Program-made: the position numbers and the translations under genes
Assembly (NCBI GenBank): GCA_009914755.4
Contig: CP068257.2
Location: forward strand, 21,920,001 to 21,984,000
Source of the DNA: the human T2T-CHM13v2.0 reference genome, Homo sapiens
DNA: 64,000 nucleotides
Direction of reading: 5' to 3'
Notes under the pieces: generated by a model
Told to the model about the DNA's origin: nothing
The model's database searches: none
Seen by the model: only the letters and a program-made list of their open reading frames with translations
Shown: one piece after another, positions 51,549 to 64,000 of the stretch
Position numbering within the stretch: the first letter of the stretch is position 1
Layout: each line of letters begins with the position of its first letter

Positions 51549-54103
51549 CTTGTAGTGCTTTGTTGATCCTTTCTCATATCATCATGATCGTCTTATCCAT
51601 GAACTTATTTCTTTCTGTCAAAAAATTAATTCAGCTTTCTCAATCTCTTGGGAATTTTCTTTCTTTGCTTCAAGAACATCTCATTTGGGTTAATGTTCCT
51701 AAATAAATTAATTTCCAAACTTATAAAATATATAATCTACTTTCACAGCGTCTAATTTCTCATGACATGGTCATTTCTCTTTCAGTTGCAGTTTAGCTTT
51801 TATCCCAAATCAGTGCCGACATTGTTTTCCCAGGTATAGAATGTGATCTATGCGACAAAAGAAAGACCATTTTTGGTATTTATTTGCATTTATTCTCTCT
51901 ACAGAACTGCCATTGTTAGTGTTTTCCTGTTTTTCACATTTCATTTTATTTTTAACTTTTATAGCCACCTAGTAGGCTTATATGTTTATGGGGTTCATGA
52001 GATATTTTGACACAAACATAAAATTTTGTTTGTTTTTAAATCTGTTCTCTTCCTTGGCACCGTATTATTTTCCTCTCCTTTCCCTGTGTTATTCAGGATA
52101 AGCTAGCTATTATATAGTAATAAGCAAACCTAGAAATATACACAATGACTTTTCTTTCAGAAACATGTTAATGCTAGTTGGGCAGCTCTCTATAGCAGTT
52201 CTCCATTGTGGAAAAACTCAGAGATCCATGTTACTTTCATGTTAGGCTCTGTCATTTTAACAAATGACCTCAATAGTCATCACCAAAGAGAAAGTAAAAA
52301 ATGGAGGAGGTGCACTGATCTGTATTGGAGAGTCATGTGACACTTCTGCTTGTAATCTGTTGGTTAGAAATGGTCACTTCAAGGGTTTTGCAAGGGAGTT
52401 TGAGAAGGATAAGCCACGGTATAAGAATATTCTGGTAACTAAATAGTCCCTTTGCTTCATCCTTCAAAATAAAACCTGCTCAGTTATGCCCCAAAATATA
52501 TATAAATAGGAGTTCCATTTAGTCATTAGCATCACTTGCAAATTCAGAATTTTTGAGAATTCAGTTGCTTCAGCTCCTTCGTCAAGTCTAACTATAGCTC
52601 CTCTTTTTCTGGAAAGCTATGCCCTAAACAACTCTCTCATACCCAATTTTTAATGATGAAAGAGGGATCAGGTTATCATAATAAGCACCACTAATTAAAG
52701 AAAATAAAGTGAAGAATGAGAAATACAATCTTCTCTTGTCTGTAGTATTTCAAAAATCCTATTGAATAAACATTGTGAAGCCTTTTATCATAGAGGTGAG
52801 GAAATTTCCTTGAGCATCAGAGTCTCCTCCAATGGGACAACTCTCTTACCTGAATCTCTGGGGCCATTAGTTTGTTCTCCAGGAAGCTTTCCTCATTTCA
52901 TTATTTTTGGCTACTTCTGAAGTGATCATTGGGAAATAAGCCCCTCTTTACCTTTAAGTATTGCAGTATAATAAAATATTATAAGAATTAGTGTATCCAA
53001 AAAACTCCACAATTTATCATTACTATTTAAAAGAAATAAAAATTTACATTCCAATCTTAACGTTTTGGCCAAGTCATTTTGATTAGCTGACTATTATAGT
53101 GCATGTGTTTCTCAAAGACTTTTGAAACTCCAAATATTAATGCTTGGAGAATAGAATCAATTGGTTTTTCCAACATACAAAAGATTCTAATTCCTGAGCT
53201 GTGTCAATTTCCTTTCACTGCTCTTTGCAAATAAGCACCGTGATGCATAAATACATGTCTTTCTGATAACATTTTGCCAAACAAAGTTAAAATTATACAG
53301 AAATATACACCAATATCTTATTTTACATCCTCCTCCCCCAGAGCTGCAACTCATTAGATCACCTTTTTAATTGTCTTAGGTGATAGATTATAAATAATTA
53401 TCTACTGCATAAAGTGGTTGTTCACCTGTACAGCTTTTGGTATCAGTTTTCTCCCCATCCTCTGTCTGTCTACATAGCCAACACCAGATATTTTAGGTTC
53501 TGTTATACTCGCATAACATTTCCCCTACTGATATTCAGAGAAGATAATTTGGAGAATGCTCAACAATTATTTGCTTCAAGCTGTAAGTGAGTTACACATT
53601 CCCATTTTTGAGAACTACTACCTAACTGAGGAAACTTGAGAGTTTATTCATTCTACATGAGAAGAAAGAAAATCCAGTGCAGAAAACAACATTATCTTTA
53701 CTGACTCTACAATTTTATTTTTTATCTAATTTCCCTTAGATAATCTCTATGCTGAATATTTTTCAAAAATATTATATTGACAATTTTGTACTATATCTTG
53801 TCTCTTCATATACTTTCCTTTCAAGTGAAGGTAACATTTACTATACACATAGTATAGACATATGTCATTTACTTTACATCCATTGTAAATGATCATAATC
53901 ATGGATATTATAACTCTCCTACCACAGATCTTTACCTAATTATATAAAATAGAAACTCTATTATATTAATAAAGAAGGGAGACAATTTGTTCAAACTCAC
54001 AAAAACTGTGTATGCTAAGGGCAGAATTAAAAGCCAGCTTTGTCTGATTCATACATAAATGCTCTGTGCATTACATGATGCTGCTTTAAATATGCCCATT
54101 TCA

Positions 54104-54448
<345 letters not shown>

Positions 54449-56958
54449 TCAATCTACACAATGAGCTCATATTTTTCTCCAAACTTTATAACCACAATCC
54501 TAAACTGGCTCATCAGCCTGCCATAATTCTAAGTCACTTGATGATCTCAACCTCAGCATGTTTCCAACCCAAGTATACTGCTTTCACTTTTTTTCAAAGA
54601 ACGTCTCCTTTACTCTGCCTTTAATCACACAAGCCCAGAGCCCTAGACATTTTGGTGGCCCCTGGAAAAAGGAAGGTGGATTATTACAATCAGAATTACA
54701 ACAAAACTCATCCAGGATGAAATGTGAAAATAAATTCTGACATGCAATTGCATCAAGGGTCAAGCATATGTGCTGGAGATACCAGCCACAGCAAGCAGGT
54801 TATACAGTAAGTGATAGAAAGCAGAGCCTTGAAAGTCTGTGTTCTGCCCTGGAGTTTAGCAGCTGCAGAAGCTACAGAAGGATATTTGGCCTGAGTTTTA
54901 AGAGAAGAAGAGTCTACTGAGCTGGCCCAGGTGCTGATTCCTTTATTTCAGTTAAAGGCACTAACAAATTCTTTTTGTTACTCAGGATTATATTCTTAGA
55001 ATTGATTCAGATCCTTAAATCTCTCTTGTTTTCCAGAACCAATCATGCAGTTCACATGCAATTCTACTTCTGTTAGGATTTTGTTATCTCTCTTATATTC
55101 GGCGTTACTTTTTCACCCTGGCTCAGATATGTCATTATGTTTACTTGACTTATTGCAATAACCTTTTCGTTGATCTTTAGTTTATTTGTTCAATAATTGT
55201 TAATTTTCTGTTTTACAGCCTTCCCTGCTCCCAATTTTTTTCCCTCGGTAGCAAACACATCTTATAAACTTTAAGCTGGAATCCAAGGAACTTTATGCTT
55301 ATGCTTATAAATAAAGCAGGTACTTGTACCCCAATCCTTTTTAATGAAAGATAAAGATGGGGCATCATGAGTTCCCAGGAAAATTACCCTTTAAATGTGT
55401 GCACACACAGATACAAACATACAAAACAAATCGTTATTTTCTTCTTCATTGGAAGTGGTTAATTGTGTTTGTATATAGCACTTGGGGGTAGTTTAAATAA
55501 GCTCTGTCTCTCAGAAGAATTTGCTGACAAAAAGAGGATGACAGAACAAAAATGGGAAAAACTCCTACATGTTTGATAATGATGAACGACTGAATCAACT
55601 CTGGAAACTTTTGCCTTCCTAATCTTCTAAAAGTATACATAATTAATTTTCTTATTTGTGAAGCCACCAGTGGCTAGGTGTTCTGTTTCTTGTATCAGAA
55701 AGTGCTATAATCAATGAATCCATGAGTCTTCTGAATTTATTTTACCTTTCACAGTCAGGCTGGTCAGTGGTGCTCAGACTTAACACACACATTTTCACTT
55801 TTCCTACTCCTGCGATGACAGGCCATTCCACATATGACTTAGCCAAAATCATTTCCATGCTCCAAGATTCACTTTAAACAAAGTACATTATTAGCAAGCT
55901 TCTCTTTATTGCCCTATCCTGATGTGTCTTTTTTTTCTATTTTACATATGCTATTTTCAAGGCACATTTGATTATATATTTCATAATACAGTAATTGCCA
56001 AAGTGTGTTTAACATATGATTTCCTCAGGATCCCTTCCCTTTCTGAATTCCAAATGGAAGAACAGAAAGTGCAATGCAAAGAATGATGATCCATATTTTA
56101 TTTTTGGCAAGCTTGTAGAAGCACTATTGTAAATGTAAAAGGAAAAAGAACTGTAACCTAGAAACTTCTTCAGTATATGAGACACCATTCAGGACTGCTG
56201 CTGTTTGAGTGTTTTCTTCTTTAAGGTACTAATTTTTTCTCCTCCTGGAGTACGTTGTAGCTTAGAAATTTCATCCCCAGAAGCACGAGTTTCACCATTC
56301 ATTGCTGTTCTGAAGGACCATGCCCTCCTTTGATTAAAATCCCACACATTCAGAATTTTGAATTCCTGAGACATCTGTCAGTGTGGGCAGAATGCAGTTT
56401 GAAGTTTTCACAGACATGAGTTTGCAATGTTACTATCCTTCTTAGGAGTGTATGATTTTAAGAGATTTATTTAGTCTTTCTACTCTCAGATTGCTGATTT
56501 TAAAAAATGGGCATAACATCAACTTTTCTGCTGGTTTCTTATAAGGATTAAATCCCAATTCTGCCTTTACAAGCTGTGCAATTTTAAGAAAATCCAACTA
56601 AAATTTCTACCTTATAAAATGTGGATAATAGTACTTACCCAATACCACTTGTCCCTGATTAAATGGTTTAACACAGGTAAAAGACTTAGAGTAATGTTTG
56701 ACACATAGGCAACACTGTCTATAATTTTGCTATTAACAATAGTATATTGCCTGACACTTAATATGTCCTTGATAAATTGTAACTATTATTATGAATTCAA
56801 TTATGTCTTTATTATTTATCTTTTTAACATGTTTATTTGTTTACTTACCTAGAAAACATTTCTTTTTTTCACCATAAATACCTTGAATTTAGAAGCTATC
56901 ATACAAACTGTTGTGTCATGTAGACCCCAGAACTATGCCCATAGAAAGATCTCAGTAG

Positions 56959-57269
<311 letters not shown>

Positions 57270-57600
57270 TCAGTAGTTATTTTAAAATTAATTTTATTTC
57301 TCAAGCAGTATCTAAGACAAAGTGAAATATAATTCTAAGAATAAATCTTTAAGATTTATGGTTTCTCATATTAAGATAAATGAAAGCCATCATTGAAGTG
57401 TTTACAAACATAACAACAAAATTGACTCAATATAATTTTCCATTGATAAATGATTGGCCAAATAAATCATGGTACATTTACCAAAAAAACACAAAACAGT
57501 TATTAAGTGGAAAAGTGCTTTAAAATACAGGTTTTATCATAAGTTAAGTACAGCAAGGCCAACAGATCAGAAGATGATTGTTATTGAAAAGATAGCTTGT

Positions 57601-57933
57601 GGCCAGGCGCAGTGGCTCACATTTGTAACCCCAGCACTTTGGGAGGCCGGGGCGGGAAAATGACGAGGTCAGGAGTTCAAGACCAGCCTGGCCAATATGG
57701 TGAAACCCCATCTCTAATAAAAACACAAAAAATTAACTGGGCATAGTGGCAGGCGCCTGTAATCCCAGCTACTCGGGAGGCTGAGGCAGGAGAATCCCTT
57801 GAACCCAGGAGGCGGATGTTGTTGCAGTGAGCCAAGATCTTACCACTGCACTCCAGCCCTGGTGACAGAGCGAGACTCTGTCTCAAAACAAATAAATAAA
57901 TAAATAAATAAGAAAAAGAAAAGAAAAGAAAAG
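57601..57933 (+). mobile_element. Alu (AluS), sense, with (AAAT)n/(GAAAA)n tail and ~11-bp TSD
   Basis: ggccaggcgcagtggctcacatttgtaaccccagcactttgggaggccggggcgggaaaatgacgaggtcaggagttcaagaccagcctggccaatatggtgaaaccccatctctaataaaaacac...ccctggtgacagagcgagactctgtctcaaaacaaataaataaataaataaataagaaaaagaaaagaaaagaaaag. TSD gaaaagatagc before and after. Confidence 0.95.
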
Positions 57934-58094
57934 ATAGCATGCTATACTCACAGATTTTCAAGAGGAGGGGCATGTCGTGACACTGCGGATCACAGGGAAA
58001 AGCATCAGAGTCAGTCAGAGGCAGGGGAAGTGAGGGAAAAACATGGTTGAGAGTTTTCATTAACCAAAACATCAAAGCTGTTTTTGAATGGCTA

Positions 58095-58210
58095 TCACAG
58101 TAGAGTGCAGTGGCCTTGGATGCCCACTGTCAGTTCCCTGCAGGCGAGCTTTGCCACTGACCAGCTCTGCCAGTGGTTTGAGAAAATTCACTTCTGTATT
58201 AGTTTATTTA
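58095..58210 (+). mobile_element. Possible MIR (ancient tRNA-derived SINE) fragment
   Basis: cacagtagagtgcagtggccttggatgcccactgtcagttccctgcaggcgagctttgccactgaccagctctgccagtggtttgag loosely parallels the MIR 5' region (acagtatagcatagtgg..ctgcctgggttcgaatcccggctctgccacttactagctgtgtgacc). The match is weak. Confidence 0.3.
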
Positions 58211-61200
58211 GCTGTAAACAAAAAAAGTAACATATATCACAGAATTCTGATAGAGATTAAATGGTATGAATTACATAAGCTTCAAAGAATATTATATATA
58301 TGTGTGTCTATATATATATGCATATATATGTGCATATGACTGTGTGTTAAAAGTATACTACTTTAGTGTGTGAAAAAGTATAAACGTGTATATATATAAG
58401 AACATCTATACTTTTTTAACACTTACCTGTCTGCACCACTAATCTTTAAGTACCATGCAACTGGGTCTGTTTTTGTTCACCATTGTATTTCCATCTCCCA
58501 GTGCAGTGCTTGGTGAATAGAAGGCTACCAATGACAACAACAACAGCAGCAAGACAAAAACAAGAGTCTTTATTGTAGTGCCCATGGGAAGGAGTGGATG
58601 AGTTAGTGTAGGCAGGTTTAAGATTGGCTAGTTCAAATAATTTCCACATAGTCTGTGGCATCGTGGCTGTCTCTGGTTATCCTGATACCTGGTCCTAGGA
58701 TGATTAGTGTAGGGAACAGTGGTCCTGAGTGTGAAAGCTTGATAAAGGGAGTGTTTACAGATATGAGCTCTGAACTGGTTGCTTTGTGTATAAAAGCCAT
58801 TCTTGCAGACAGTTTGTACGCTTAGCTCCTGGAATTAGCTCACACTGGAAGGGGCAGTTCCTTCAGAGTCACCAAGGCCCCTAGATGTCAAAGTATTCAA
58901 CATAGAAACTAGAAAATGTGGATATGATTTTTAAAAGGCAAATCTGTATGGCATGGGAAGAAGTCCATGGAAGGTTATAATGCACTATTTTATAAGAATA
59001 AGGTCAAAATACCATTGATCTGTGGTTGATCTATATTTTTCTACTGGGATGCTGAGAAACATAGTACTGACCCTGCGAGATAGAGATGAAGTGTATTAGC
59101 TTGTGATTTATGATGTCATGTTCAGAGTCCAAAATTCACCTTTTGTACCAGCTTGCTTACATTGTTTATTAAATGTGAATAGATGGTGGTGTGCATCTGG
59201 TTTCAGCTGAGTGACCAGTGAGATATAAATGAGTCAGGCAAACTTCCACCTTAGCTCACCTGGGACTAAAGCATCTCACATCTATTTTGGTAATTCACAG
59301 TCAGGAGATGGAGCACCTGCTGTGTGGCTGGGAAAGGGCTCTGAGAGCTATGCATGGACTTCTCTGATATTTTCTTATGCTTTCTTCTCCTGCTGTACTA
59401 TCTATCTTCATTAAAGCCTCGTATGACTGACCCCTGTGGAGTCTCCTGAGGCTTCTCAATTATCTGACCTCTAGTAATTGCCATAACAATATATAATATC
59501 AGCCCTTTTACTTGTGAAATGTAAATGCTTGTGTGTCTATAAGAATTAAATACAAATAAAATTGATACAGTTTTTATTAGTTTAGTGATATAATAATTAA
59601 AGTAAGAGTTAATATACTAACAATAATATTTTGGTCTTTCTCAGATCCTAGTGGAAGATATAATAAAATCAAAAGCTACATAGTATAATTATTACCATTT
59701 TAATTGGTAATTTAATATAATAAACATCTAAGTGTATAGAGCTTATGTTTAATAGAGTTCAGTTATGTAATTGAGTAATTATTGAATTGAATAATTATCT
59801 AAATAATCAAATTGGATGAGTTAAGACATTTAAATCCTTTGGACATAGCTACCTACTCTATGCTAGTTTTCTTACATCTGGATAGATTCTCTTACAATAA
59901 CCTAGAATACATTTACTAAGACCACATGGATAACAGTTAAATCCATTTTAAACAGAATGATTTCAAAAAAGGCTATTCCTATCTGGACTTGATTTTCCTA
60001 TTTGTTCTAGTTGAGGTAGATTAGGGGAAAGCTGCATGTCTCGTTTCCCTTAAGAACTAAGAAAGTCATGGACTCAGAGTTACAGAGAGCTAATTGTAGT
60101 TTACTTTACCTATGTACCTCACCAGACTCACTACACAAGCCATAGTGGTACTAGCACACATGTGTATTACAGTTTCACACAATATGAAGCACTTTTCCCC
60201 ACTTACTATTATGGTGGCCTGTGAAATAGGTTATAAAACTATTAATTATCTTCTCCAAATTGTGCATGATGCTATTCCAAAGCTTCATAGTTTGCAGTGT
60301 GGTCTACATTTACTCTTTGAAAGCATATTCAACAACTGACTTTTCCTCTTCATAAAATGAAAATATACTGCTGGATAGAACTATATGTCATTCATATTTC
60401 TATCTGTGGCCCTTATAATCATTTGTATAAATATGTATTCAATAAATGATAAATAAATTCAATTGATCCTAATTACCATTTATATCACTAAATAATCTGC
60501 CCTTACCTTAGGGTGCATGTAAGAAGGTAGAATTCATAGGAAAAGTAAAATGCACAGATACAAGGTATTCTAGCTAGTGAATGAGCCTCTACAAAAAACT
60601 AAAATTTCTTATAATCATAGCAGAAAGAATAGAGGAGTATCTGAGTCTGCAAAACTACGATGCTATTTTATGGTCAAAGAAAAATATGTAGTTTATATAC
60701 AATCAGGTTTCATATTTTTTTACGACAGATCAAATGAGTAAAAGATCATATGTGTCAAGTGACTCAGTGGTCACATGTCAAGTTATCAGTGGAAGAGTAT
60801 TAAAACTCAACACTGTGGACCAGATATTTTCTAGTTCTCTATTTCCAAAGTTTCTGCCAGTTTCCTATCTTATCATGCACCAAGAAAGAAGAAGCATCTT
60901 AGAGGCAGGTGTGCATAGGCCTGTAGGACATACGATATACATATGGTCATTCTCATGGCACTCGGTTGCCTTCGCTCTATCACGTATTCTTGTGTGTAGA
61001 AATCATATGTGTGGCAAAAGTGATGCTCATGCTCTTATTTCACTGCTCGGAGCAGGCAATACATATTTCATGTAACTATGAAAAAGATAGAAAGGCTCAG
61101 GAAACATAATTTATCTCTTCATTGGCTAAATGTAGCTAGCATAAGCAGTAGAAATGTAGATCTTGATTTGGAATATGAGAATTCAGCGGAAGAGTGCACA

Positions 61201-61954
61201 TATCCTAATTGTTACTAGAATCAGTGCTACATGAGCTGAGCAAATTAGATCCATGTAGAAAGGAAGAAAAATATGGAAAACCCTGTAGCAACAAGGTAAT
61301 TTTAGTATAGATCATCCAAGACCATTAGATTCAGTCTGCACCTGCACTATAGGTCAAAGGGTCTATAATTGCTGCAAGCTCTCTCTATGGGAATGTTTTT
61401 CCAGCACAGGGAAAGGCAATGGTTTGTCTCCAGTAAAGTGTGTACAAGATCATTGTGACCATCATGGTTCTGAGAGCTGATGAATAAATGGGTGAACAGA
61501 AACAACATTCCTTCATGCAGGACTCCAAAAAAATGGATTTCCCTCTAAGAACCTTTTGTTTCGAAAGGATTTCAATGCCTTGCTTCTGCTTAATTACCCT
61601 TTGCAGCCTTTACCTCTGCTGCCAGAGTTTGCACCCTGTATGCTGCTTTCCAAGATATTGTTGCCAAGGATGCTCCTATTCCTATTTTTATGCCTTGGCT
61701 CCTTGAAAACCTTCCTGGCAATAGCCCAAGGGCACAGATATGCCCTGTCACAATGGTGGCAAGTTTTTTAAATGCCTTTCCCCGAGTGACTTTCCTTTGA
61801 TATGGTGCAAGCAATGGAGTTCTCACATATAGTTCCAAGTGGATACAGTTCCAATCCAAAGGGTTGTTTCGTTTTTATTGAATTAGGAATCTCTTCCCCT
61901 CAAATTTTTGGCCCAAGTGGATCATTTGACTTTAATTTATACCATTGTGTTCTC

Positions 61955-62197
61955 CATATATATATATGGAGAATATATATATATATACACATATATATGG
62001 AGGATATATATATACACATACATATGGAGAATATATATATATATGGAGAATATATATACACATATATATGGAGAATATATATATATCTGGATAATATATA
62101 TCTATATGGAGAATATATATATGGAGAATATATATATGGAGAACATATATATATATGGTGAATACATATATATGGAGAATATATATATATAATATAT
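61955..62197. repeat. AT-rich compound minisatellite, about 12 degenerate units built on (AT)n+ATGGAGAA (~16-24 bp each)
   Basis: ctccatatatatatatggagaatatatatatatatacacatatatatggaggatatatatatacacatacatatggagaatatatatatatatggagaatatatatacacatatatatggagaatatatatatatctggataatatatatctatatggagaatatatatatggagaatatatatatggagaacatatatatatatggtgaatacatatatatggagaatatatatatat. Confidence 0.9.
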
Positions 62198-62745
62198 GCA
62201 CATTTAGAATTTCCTAGAGACTGCCTCCAAAAATGTAATTATGTTTACACTACTTTTGGAGAAGCTATCAAATGCTATCTACTATACCTATTTTTTTTAT
62301 AAATAGGCACATTTGCACAAAATATATTTGACCAATGTTTGAGCTATTTCATTTCTCTGCTTAAAGAAAATAATAGTTAATATGATTTGAAGTCTATTTT
62401 TCTAAACACTCTGCTTATGGGTAATCACCCAGGACCTTCAATTTCCAAATTACCTTATCCTTACTTTGACATGTATATGTGACTTTTGTTCAATCTCATT
62501 ATTCCATTTATACACTTCTATAACATTTTTGTTATAAAAATCAAAATGTAAACTAGTAGGATATTACGTAATTATGAGGTACGTCCTAAGTACTTTGTTG
62601 CTAATGACAACACACTTGTGCCAAAGACCACCAGAAATACTCCTGTCATTGAACAAATTGGGTTTATTTCTCATTGCAACAATGGAGACTGCACATAATG
62701 TGGAATGATGGAGTATTCCACTAAGAGCATGTTATAAGAAACTTA

Positions 62746-63052
<307 letters not shown>

Positions 63053-64000
63053 TTATCTCTTTTTATCTCTAGTTAGGTGATTTGAGAAGAATTTCAGAAA
63101 GAATGGCTGTACTGTCTATTGCATGGTGACAGGAAGCAGGAATAATTTTATGATTAATTATCTTTACCTTATCTAAAAAGAAGAGATGACAAAAGCAAAG
63201 CTAAACCTGTCATTGCAAATAGCACCCATTTATACTGGCTAGAGGAAAAGAGATATGGGGAATTTTTTGTTGTTTGATGCTTCATAATTTTTCTATATTC
63301 AGACAGGACTATGAGGTAGCCTTGTTTCTGTCTTAATCAATTAGCAACAGGATGATCTTGTTTGATATTAATGTTTTGTAAACTTATTTGTGTTTAACAA
63401 GAGAACATGAAGGCCTCAATGATATTGTTGAGACAGCTCCCAGATGTTTCGGATCAATTTGTTCTCTCTTAGTAACAATAGGCTCCTTGCAGTTTTAAAA
63501 AGAGCTTTATTGGTATATAATATATGTAAAATAAGCTATTATACTTAAAATGTACAATTGGATATTTCAACATAAGTATATGCCTATAACCATCACCACA
63601 ATCAAAATAGTAATCTAACCAGCCTTCCCTAAGCCTTTCCTCCTGCCCCTTTGAAAACTTCTCTCCATGATCCTTCCTATTCCCCACCCCATCCCCAGGC
63701 AGCTATTGATCTATTTTATGTCACTTCACTAGAATTGAATATAAATTGAATTTCCTAGAATTGAATCTAAATTGAATCACACAATATGTTCTCCCTTTCT
63801 GGATGTGTGATTGTTAGTTTTCTTGCACTCAATATAATTATTTTGAGATACATCTATACTTTTGCATGTCTCAATACATCATTTATTTTATTCCAGAGAA
63901 GTAATCTATCTTAGGTACATACCATAGCTTTTGTATCCATTCACCTATTGATAGGATTTGGAGTTGCCTCTAACTTGGGGTTGTTTTTAAGTAAACCTGC

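Noticed and set aside
61590-61859. 89-aa minus-strand ORF with a faint resemblance to the ribosomal protein L30e / L7Ae fold (..RGKAFKKLATIVTGHICAL.. vs RPL30 ..QGKAKLVILANNCPAL..; ..SWKAAYRVQTLAAEV.. vs ..ACGKYYRVCTLAIIDPG..)
   Set aside because: The similarity is only a handful of scattered identities, which I could produce by chance when aligning by eye. It is far too diverged for a processed pseudogene of the highly conserved RPL30. There is no poly-A or TSD. I treat it as a chance ORF. A BLASTP/HHpred of the ORF would settle it.
61955-62197. CRISPR-like array, or any prokaryotic element (operons, defence islands, integrons) anywhere in the window
   Set aside because: This is a primate nuclear sequence (Alu, L1 and MaLR throughout). 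The tandem repeat has variable-length AT-rich units with no unique spacers. There are no long ORFs, RBS or promoter architecture, or cas-like genes. The prompt's suggestion of a novel system is not supported by anything I can see.

Overview
This window is primate, very probably human, nuclear DNA from a gene-poor, AT-rich interval that is densely packed with interspersed repeats. I found no supportable protein-coding gene, rRNA or tRNA gene, CRISPR array, or anything resembling a prokaryotic-style biological system. The organism assignment rests on at least 15 Alu SINEs of the AluY/S/J families, several with target-site duplications I can read directly in the sequence. The other recognisable content is L1 LINEs, ERVL-MaLR LTR retrotransposons, a Tigger-derived DNA-transposon relic, microsatellites and an AT-rich minisatellite.

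The repeat content breaks down as follows:
- **L1 elements:** one nearly full-length but degenerate ancient L1M, plus four L1 fragments.
- **MaLR elements:** two partial THE1 elements with identifiable primer-binding site or polypurine tract, and several solo MaLR LTRs of the THE1/MST and MLT1 types.
- **Simple repeats:** (CT)n, (GT)n(AT)n, (TATC)n, (TTG)n, a (GT)n/(GA)n tract, Alu-tail repeats, and an AT-rich minisatellite.

Every ORF in the six-frame track is short, low-complexity or antisense to a repeat; I call none of them coding.

The items most worth a second look:
- a local ~300-bp direct duplication at about 94% identity;
- two CpG-retaining segments that end in poly(A) and look like retroposed RNA fragments;
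- two CpG-retaining non-repeat blocks that could be conserved regulatory elements;
- a THE1 element split by a later L1 fragment that unusually lacks its 3' end;
- a nested Alu-in-THE1 insertion;
- two inverted Alu pairs;
- probably polymorphic tandem repeats.

All coordinates are approximate (about ±10 bp). They were derived by reading the sequence, not by alignment. All family assignments rest on my recall of consensus sequences and should be confirmed with RepeatMasker/Dfam.
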